Virus record (IMG/VR): IMGVR_UViG_3300047157_000186
DNA: 64,000 nucleotides
DNA from: a virus
Taxonomy: Duplodnaviria; Caudoviricetes
Reading direction: 5' to 3' (one strand)
This document shows positions 57,483-64,000 of this stretch, in pieces. The number at the start of each line of letters is the position of its first letter. Position 1 is the stretch's first letter. The notes beneath the pieces were generated by a model. The model worked only from the letters and a program-made list of their open reading frames with translations, searched no databases and was not told the origin of the DNA. Both the position numbers and the translations under genes were made by a program.

Positions 57483-58991
57483 GTGGAGCTTAGTTTAACT
57501 GAAAATAAACAGTTGCTACGTATTGATGAAGCAACTGAATTAGAACTGGAACAACTCAATATTTCTTTAAATAGAAGAATTGATTCATGGCGATTTAATC
57601 CTTTGGTTAAAAAGGGTTTATGGGATGGATATGTTTCATATATAAAAGATGATAAATGGATTCCTTCAGGATTATGGAGAGAAGTCATGCAGATATGTAA
57701 AGAATATAAATTTGAGTTTAAACTCAATGGTATTACTGACATGTTTGATACCAATATTAATCAAGAAAAATTTACAAAATGGGCTTTAGACTTTTTCGAA
57801 AAGTCAGAGATAACTCCAAGAGATTATCAAATAGAGGCAGCATTTAATATACTAAAATTTAGAAGATGCTTAAGTGAGCTTGCAACTTCTGCGGGTAAAA
57901 CACTGATATCATTCTTAACAGTATCATATTTACTAGAACAACAAAAAGCAAAAAAGATTTTATTTATTGTACCCAATGTATCATTAGTTGTACAAGCGAG
58001 TGAAGATTTTCTAGACTATAATTATAGAAATGCAATAGATATTAAGGTACAGCAAATATACAGTGGTCAAAAATTAAGGCCAGGTAGGAATGTTATTATT
58101 GGAACATATCAATCACTTGTTAAAAAAGATAAAGCATATTTTGCAGAATTTGATGCAGTAATTGTTGATGAAACACACAAAGCAAAATCAGCCTCTATTA
58201 AAACTATTTTACAAAAGTGTATTAATGCAGATTATAAATATGGTTTATCTGGAACTATTCCAAAAGAAGGCACATTAGATAGATTAACACTAATGGCATA
58301 TACTGGTCCATTAATTACAGAAATAAGTGCACATTATTTACAAAACGAAGGGCATATAGCAGGTTGTAAAGTAAAGGTAATTAAAATGGACTATGCACCT
58401 CAATCTACAAAAGACGCATTTAGAGAAATGTCCCAGAATAGATATGAAAGTAAAGACGTTTTTAAATTTGAGCAAAACTATGTGATCAATTCACCTGGAA
58501 GACTTAATTTTATAACAAGTATTATCTCCAGGGTTAAGGGTAATAGTTTAGTTCTTTTTCATAGAATTGAACATGGTAAAAAAATATATGAAAAACTCAG
58601 ACAAGAGAGTGATAAATCTGTTTATTATGTTGATGGTGGAATTGATAAAGATATTAGGGAAGAACACAAAAAGAAAATGGAAGCTGGAAACCAAGTCGTC
58701 ATTGTCGCTTCATATGGTACATTCTCAACTGGTATATCCATCAAGAAAATCCACAACATATTCTTCACAGAATCATTTAAATCGGAAGTAATTATTAGAC
58801 AATCTATCGGTAGAGGTTTAAGGCAACATAGCTCTAAAGACTCGGTCAATATTATAGATTTTGTAGATGATTTAAGTTCTCCTGATTGGGACAACTATCT
58901 AATAAGACACTCCAAAGAAAGACAAAGGATCTACAAGGAACAGAAGTTTAAGTATGATATAAAAAATGTAGATTTTGAAGGAGATATATAA
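57483..58991 (+). CDS. uvsW: UvsW-like DNA helicase
   Basis: PRDYQ, LATSAGKTLI, IVPNVSLV, VDETH, GLSGT, STGISIK and QSIGRGLR motifs. Confidence 0.92.
   Translation: MELSLTENKQLLRIDEATELELEQLNISLNRRIDSWRFNPLVKKGLWDGYVSYIKDDKWIPSGLWREVMQICKEYKFEFKLNGITDMFDTNINQEKFTKWALDFFEKSEITPRDYQIEAAFNILKFRRCLSELATSAGKTLISFLTVSYLLEQQKAKKILFIVPNVSLVVQASEDFLDYNYRNAIDIKVQQIYSGQKLRPGRNVIIGTYQSLVKKDKAYFAEFDAVIVDETHKAKSASIKTILQKCINADYKYGLSGTIPKEGTLDRLTLMAYTGPLITEISAHYLQNEGHIAGCKVKVIKMDYAPQSTKDAFREMSQNRYESKDVFKFEQNYVINSPGRLNFITSIISRVKGNSLVLFHRIEHGKKIYEKLRQESDKSVYYVDGGIDKDIREEHKKKMEAGNQVVIVASYGTFSTGISIKKIHNIFFTESFKSEVIIRQSIGRGLRQHSSKDSVNIIDFVDDLSSPDWDNYLIRHSKERQRIYKEQKFKYDIKNVDFEGDI
58983..58991 (+). promoter_or_regulatory. 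putative late promoter motif GATATATAA
   Basis: Overlaps the uvsW stop; upstream of ATG 59025. Confidence 0.55.
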
Positions 58992-59024
58992 TAAAATAAT
59001 AACATACAAAAAAATAACAACACT

Positions 59025-61322
59025 ATGTATAAATTAAAATCTTTTGATCAGTTTTCTACTGAATCACAAATCAATAGATCTAGACAAGTAGAAGAAGAAA
59101 ACTCTACTAAAAGAAGTACTGAAGCAGAAACATATAAAAATTTACTTGGTGAATTTAAAGTTACTTCTATCAAAGAATTAACTGAAGAGCAAAGAATCGA
59201 ATTTTTTACTAAGTTAAGAGGCGCTGAGATTAACGAAGCAACTGTTTTAATTGAAGAAGGAACTAGAGGACAAATTGGTAAAATCGATAAAAAAGGAAAT
59301 ATCACTTCTGTATATATGCATTATGATTCATATCCTGAAAACATATTACCTATTATAACTTCAACTTTTAAAGATGGTAAAAATGTAGATTTTATTCTTA
59401 AGAATGGAGACAGTTCGGGTTTAGATAAAGATGTTAAGAAGATTAATTTCTACGGGAACTTTACAGCGTCTAAGGGTAAAATTGCTAATATATCTAAATA
59501 TCTAAGGGATGTTGCTGATGGCGGCGGCGCTGAATTCGTATACTTATGGGATGAAGCCAACAAAGAATGGTTAATGGCAGACATTTACGGTAAAGGATAT
59601 GATGATGTTTACCCAGCGTTTGAATCTTTAACTACTTCAGTAAATGAAGCTATTTCAGTTCAATATAAAAGAGACGCAAAAAAAGTTTTAACAGTTTATA
59701 AAAATTTATTTACTAAGAAACTAACAGATTTTGGTGCAATGGACAAAGTAGGTACATTAGGTTGTATTAAGTATCTTTTTGAAGAAGCGATGACAGATGC
59801 TAATTTCCACAGAGAGAAAGTTATATCTAAGAATATTAAAGGTAGAATAGGTTCATTTGAATTAAAAGTAGCAGGTTTAGGTAATCACTTTTTAACAATA
59901 GGTGCTACTACTACAAAAAGAATTTTAGATAAACATTATAGTGACCTTGCAAATGCAGCTGGTTGGTCAGGAATCGGAATTGTTGAAGGTACTGCTCTTT
60001 ATTTAGAGAGTATTAAAGAAGAAGCTTCAGGTCAAGCTTTATTAAATGCGTTTAACATGTTTGAGTCATTTGCGTATGACGAAGGAGATGCTATCAATGA
60101 GAAATCATATGATAAAAAGTCTTTAATGAAAGCTATGAAAGCAGATGATGGCATGATTCAATTAGGAAATGGACAAGAGTATGTTATTTATGCATATGGT
60201 AATGGCAACGATAACAATGATGATATGTGGGGAGATAAAACAATCTTTGGATTAGATCAAGACGGAGAAGAACATGAGATTAAATATTCTGACATTGTAA
60301 GTTATAATGAAGCTACTGTAGTAATGGATGCAATGGATCCTAAATCAAAGATACTTAAAAAACTTTTAAAGAAACATAACGTTAAAATGAAAGTTTTAGA
60401 TCCTAGTGGACCAAGTGGTTGGCCAGAGGTTGAAATGACAGGTTCAAGAGAAGATCTGCAAGCAGTTTTAGCATCTGAAGATGGTTGGGACGACGCTGGT
60501 CTAGAAGAATATATTGAAGAATCAGTAGTTACTGAATCACACCCAAAATGTTCAAATAAAAAAGGACATGCATACAAAGAAATTGACAAAGACGGAACTG
60601 TAGAATGTGAATATTGTGGTTTAAGAAATTCATTAAGCGAATCAGGGGTTACTGAAGCTAAATTTGTTAAAGAGTTTGACGAGGCTGTTTTAAAAGCAAC
60701 TACACAAGAAGAGGTTCTTGAAATTTATCCAAACGCAGAATTCTTTATTGGCAAATCAGATCATTTCTTTGGAGAGTTTGATGAAAATTTATTCTTTAAA
60801 GCATATTATACCAAAGGACAAAAAGAATTTGAAATCAAGTCAATTTATTCTGAAAAAAACAGTAACTATGTTCACTTATATAATGAATCAGTAGTTACTG
60901 AAGCTAAAGGCTTTAAAAACACAACAGATTTCGAAAAATTCTTAATAGAAATTGATGGAATGGGAGAAGCTCAAATTAAAAAGATAATGGGTAAAGATTA
61001 TATCGATACTCCTGGTTATTATCAAGATGAAAAAGATGATTATGATGATGTGGAAGATTTTATGAGATCTAATATGGGCACTTCAGAATTTGAAAAACTT
61101 GAATCATGGTGGGAAAGCAACGTTGCAGAATCAGTAGTTACTGAAGCTGAAGTTAATTCAGATGAAGAATTTGAAGAATATGCGGTAACTGTTTTACAAA
61201 AAGCATTTGGAGAAGATTTTGACGAAGCTAAATCTAAAAAAGTTATAGACGGTATTTTATCTAAAGCAGATGGAGATTATGGTACTGCAGTTGGTATGCT
61301 AACTAGCTCGTTAGGACAATAA
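59025..61322 (+). CDS. second modular putative internal-head polyprotein with ESVVTE linkers
   Basis: Leader MYKLKSFDQFSTE; linkers at 60519, 60639, 60885 and 61128; modules include a VYMHYDSYP domain and a C/H zinc finger. Confidence 0.7.
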   Translation: MYKLKSFDQFSTESQINRSRQVEEENSTKRSTEAETYKNLLGEFKVTSIKELTEEQRIEFFTKLRGAEINEATVLIEEGTRGQIGKIDKKGNITSVYMHYDSYPENILPIITSTFKDGKNVDFILKNGDSSGLDKDVKKINFYGNFTASKGKIANISKYLRDVADGGGAEFVYLWDEANKEWLMADIYGKGYDDVYPAFESLTTSVNEAISVQYKRDAKKVLTVYKNLFTKKLTDFGAMDKVGTLGCIKYLFEEAMTDANFHREKVISKNIKGRIGSFELKVAGLGNHFLTIGATTTKRILDKHYSDLANAAGWSGIGIVEGTALYLESIKEEASGQALLNAFNMFESFAYDEGDAINEKSYDKKSLMKAMKADDGMIQLGNGQEYVIYAYGNGNDNNDDMWGDKTIFGLDQDGEEHEIKYSDIVSYNEATVVMDAMDPKSKILKKLLKKHNVKMKVLDPSGPSGWPEVEMTGSREDLQAVLASEDGWDDAGLEEYIEESVVTESHPKCSNKKGHAYKEIDKDGTVECEYCGLRNSLSESGVTEAKFVKEFDEAVLKATTQEEVLEIYPNAEFFIGKSDHFFGEFDENLFFKAYYTKGQKEFEIKSIYSEKNSNYVHLYNESVVTEAKGFKNTTDFEKFLIEIDGMGEAQIKKIMGKDYIDTPGYYQDEKDDYDDVEDFMRSNMGTSEFEKLESWWESNVAESVVTEAEVNSDEEFEEYAVTVLQKAFGEDFDEAKSKKVIDGILSKADGDYGTAVGMLTSSLGQ
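60519..61148 (+). repeat. dispersed in-frame direct repeats encoding the ESVVTE(A) linker, locus 2
   Basis: gaatcagtagttactgaa at 60519; gaatcaggggttactgaagct at 60639; gaatcagtagttactgaagct at 60885 and 61128 (identical to 5306). Confidence 0.9.
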
Positions 61323-61330
61323 TAAAATAA

Positions 61331-61339
61331 GATAAATAC
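61331..61339 (+). promoter_or_regulatory. putative late promoter motif GATAAATAC
   Basis: The G lies 12 nt before ATG 61343. Confidence 0.55.
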
Positions 61340-61342
61340 CTT

Positions 61343-62617
61343 ATGAAGATCTTTACTAATTTCAATGAATTTATAACTGAGAGTGTACGTACTAGTACAA
61401 CTGAGTCCCTTATTTTAGAAGGTGGAGCAGCGGGCCATATGTCACATCCATTTGATGAAAAAGATTTAACATTCGGTGACTTTAAAAAAATTGTTGAAGC
61501 TGGTCTTCAAGGAGAATTAAACTTTGAAGAGGTTGCAACAGAAAAAACAGACGGCCAAAATTTATTTGCCACCGTAAGAAACGGAGTTACTCTATTTTCT
61601 AGAAATAAAGGCCAATTAATTAGCCCAGTCGATTTAGCCGGTATTATAAAAATGTTTGAACAGCATGAAGTTCCCTTAGTAAGAGAAACATACGTGTTTG
61701 CTGCTAAAGACCTAAATGAAGCTCTTCCAAAGATGAAGGATCAGTCTATATTTAATGAAGGTAAGAACTTTATTAATATGGAATTAATTTACTCTAAGAA
61801 TCCTAATGTTATTTATTATGAAAGAGATGTTTTACAATTCCATGATATTAAGGAAACTGATGGAAATGGAAATATTATTGGAGAGCAAAAAATAGCAGGA
61901 GAGCTGGTTTCCGCATTAAAAGAAGTTGATGCTGATGTTCAAAAAACATTTACAATAATTCCCCCTCAAATATTAAAATTAGGAAAAGATATTGATTTCG
62001 AAAAAAATCAATCTAAATTCATCAAAAAGATTGAAGCACTAAGAGATCGTTATGGTTTATTAGATACTGATTCAGTTTCAAGATATCACGAAATGTGGTG
62101 GAGAGAAACTATAGATAGAAACTTTCCAGATACAGAACAAGATTATAAAGAAGGTTTATTATTAAGATGGGCTTATGGTGATAAGAAGACTTTAAACATG
62201 AGATCTTTAGACAAATCGTTAGGTAAAGATAAAGCATCTCTTATTAAGAAATTTGACAAAGAAGATGTTAAAAAGAAATATAAAGAAAACATTAGACCGT
62301 TTGAAGATTTATTCTTAGAACTAGGATCTATAATTCTTAAAAATGCTTCTAATTTTGTAGCAGCAAATCCAGACAAGGAAATGCAAAGATTACATAATCA
62401 AATAAGAACAGAAGCTGAAGCTATTAAAAAAACCGGAGGTGAAGCTCAAATTGCAAGAGTAGAAGCTGAACTTGCCAGATTAGATAGAATTGGAGGAATA
62501 GAATCTATTATACCAACTGAAGGAATAGTTTTTGTGTACAAAGGAAAAACAATGAAATTAACAGGTACGTTTGCAGCCATTAATCAATTAATGGGTATCA
62601 TAAAATACGGAAGATAA
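61343..62617 (+). CDS. ligase-fold (covalent nucleotidyltransferase) protein with capsid-targeting-like leader (DUF6267-like, from recollection)
   Basis: Motif I EKTDGQN, III NMELIY, IIIa LQFHD, IV EGIVF, V MKL; leader MKIFTNFNEFITE..SLILE. Confidence 0.65.
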   Translation: MKIFTNFNEFITESVRTSTTESLILEGGAAGHMSHPFDEKDLTFGDFKKIVEAGLQGELNFEEVATEKTDGQNLFATVRNGVTLFSRNKGQLISPVDLAGIIKMFEQHEVPLVRETYVFAAKDLNEALPKMKDQSIFNEGKNFINMELIYSKNPNVIYYERDVLQFHDIKETDGNGNIIGEQKIAGELVSALKEVDADVQKTFTIIPPQILKLGKDIDFEKNQSKFIKKIEALRDRYGLLDTDSVSRYHEMWWRETIDRNFPDTEQDYKEGLLLRWAYGDKKTLNMRSLDKSLGKDKASLIKKFDKEDVKKKYKENIRPFEDLFLELGSIILKNASNFVAANPDKEMQRLHNQIRTEAEAIKKTGGEAQIARVEAELARLDRIGGIESIIPTEGIVFVYKGKTMKLTGTFAAINQLMGIIKYGR

Positions 62618-64000
62618 TGGCATTACAAAATTTAAGAACATATTTTCAATCAACTAACATTAATGACTTTAATTCAATGTTGAAATTAACATGTGTTGTA
62701 TCGGAAAAAATACAAGCATCTTCGTTTCATGTTAAAAGTACTAGTACCGGTTATGAATATTTTAAAAGCGGTTCTAAACATAAAATGGATAAAGTAGATA
62801 GAACTATGGTAAGATACTATGAAAATGGTATTAATTACTTTAAGGCTATTCCTAAAGATGTAAAAGAAGATATGCCACATGATTGGAAATTCGGATTTGA
62901 CTACATGATAGACAACAAAACAGTAGATATCGAATACGAAAGTCTTCCTAAAAACCATCTAATACTAACACACATACAAATATTAAATCCTAAAAACCCT
63001 ACACAAATTAAAAAAGTTATTAGAGATCCACAGATCTTAAATAAGTGGGCAGAATTATTAGGGGTACAAAAACCACCTGTTATATTTCAAGGAGTTTTAC
63101 AATCAAATCAAAAAGATGACTTAATTAGATTACTAGAACTTTCTGATTCTGATTTTAAAATCAAATTCAAAGATCAATCTTTTACAAGAGCCATATTTAA
63201 TATATTCAACATAGGTCTTAATAATCCAACTTTAAATTCTAATTTAGATAATGACATAGACGGTTTAATAGTAAACTTCTATGAAGGTAAAAATCCAAAA
63301 AGTTTTAAACTTGAAAGATTTGACAGAAAGGATATTCAAAAAAGAGAGCCATCTGACATGTATCAGATCGCTATATTAGATTTAGTAGAGTATATTACAG
63401 AGTTTAATCTTGAAGAAATTTCTTTAGAATCAGAAGATTCAGCAGAAAGATATATTGAATTAATTTCACACATCTTCAATGCATACATTGAAAAGAATGC
63501 TTCTAAATATGTAGGAGCTAGCTTTAATTCTGCAGATTTTTCAGAAAACAAAGGTTTTAAATTAAACCCAGCCTTTATCACAAATGAAAAAACACTATCA
63601 TTAATACAAAATAAAGTTTTATCAGAATTGTATAAAATAGCTTTAGGTAGTTTTAGAAAAAAGAGAAACAAAGAAACAGATATTATTAATAAAGATTTAA
63701 TGTCACAGATCAATGAAATAGTTGATAGTATAGATGCAATAGTAATGGCAAAAACAAATGAAAATGATGTTCTTAATTTTAAATCATATTTGTTAAATCA
63801 AAAATTACAATATAATGAATCTCCTGTTTTAGAAGCGTTAAAGGTAGATTATCCAGAACACGGTAAGAAATTAGTAAATATGTTTGTTGGTAGATTCCAG
63901 CCCTTTACATTGGGTCATGCTAAAGTAGTTGAAACTATTCATAAGCAAAATGGCCACCCGGTTGTAATCTTATTAGTAAAAGCCAAGAACAAGAAAAAAG
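62617..64000 (+). CDS. degenerate ligase-fold domain fused to a HIGH-family cytidylyl/nucleotidyltransferase (3'-truncated by window edge)
   Basis: Open frame from ATG 62617 to the window end, absent from the ORF track; SEKIQASSF, IDGLIV..FKL, then FVGRFQPFTLGH. Confidence 0.75.
   Translation, partial: MALQNLRTYFQSTNINDFNSMLKLTCVVSEKIQASSFHVKSTSTGYEYFKSGSKHKMDKVDRTMVRYYENGINYFKAIPKDVKEDMPHDWKFGFDYMIDNKTVDIEYESLPKNHLILTHIQILNPKNPTQIKKVIRDPQILNKWAELLGVQKPPVIFQGVLQSNQKDDLIRLLELSDSDFKIKFKDQSFTRAIFNIFNIGLNNPTLNSNLDNDIDGLIVNFYEGKNPKSFKLERFDRKDIQKREPSDMYQIAILDLVEYITEFNLEEISLESEDSAERYIELISHIFNAYIEKNASKYVGASFNSADFSENKGFKLNPAFITNEKTLSLIQNKVLSELYKIALGSFRKKRNKETDIINKDLMSQINEIVDSIDAIVMAKTNENDVLNFKSYLLNQKLQYNESPVLEALKVDYPEHGKKLVNMFVGRFQPFTLGHAKVVETIHKQNGHPVVILLVKAKNKKK

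Noticed and set aside
1519-63713. Minus-strand and short alternative-frame ORFs in the ORF track
   Set aside because: All lie inside longer, motif-bearing + strand genes, and many are shadows of low-complexity repeats; there is no independent support.
1-64000. Stop-codon reassignment as in some jumbo phages
   Set aside because: Multi-kb ORFs are intact in the standard code, and TAA, TAG and TGA all occur as stops.
1-64000. tRNA, rRNA, integrase, transposase or diversity-generating retroelement
   Set aside because: Intergenic gaps are too short, I saw no cloverleaf, and no recombinase or reverse transcriptase motifs occur in the ORFs.

Overview
AT-rich window (about 30% GC by eye) from a large T4-like myovirus, probably a jumbo phage. 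All credible genes lie on the + strand and read in the standard code. The host is probably Bacteroidota: genes have A-rich leaders with no Shine-Dalgarno, there is a Bacteroidota-type ribosomal protein S1, a BACON domain and a Bacteroidota-style lipoprotein. Layout: early/repair genes (PNKP-type phosphatase, UvsE); a block of putative capsid-packaged proteins (3.5-9.6 kb); dCMP deaminase and a DinG-like helicase; a baseplate/tail region (15-53 kb) interrupted by S1 and an amidoligase and ending in collagen, BACON and Hint adhesin genes; RuvC; a gp32/primase/UvsY/UvsW replication module whose first three genes carry many single-base indels (probably sequence errors); and a second block of putative packaged proteins (59-64 kb). 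The most striking signal is two long ORFs (4694-7654 and 59025-61322) built as strings of unrelated 40-155 aa modules. The modules are joined by an ESVV(T/N)E linker that resembles a prohead-protease site and is conserved at nucleotide level (gaatcagtagttactgaagct) at both loci about 55 kb apart. These ORFs belong to a set of nine genes with T4 capsid-targeting-like N-termini. A GATA(T/A)ATA motif precedes many late genes, often exactly 12 nt before the ATG. Family assignments come from motif recognition only; no searches were run.
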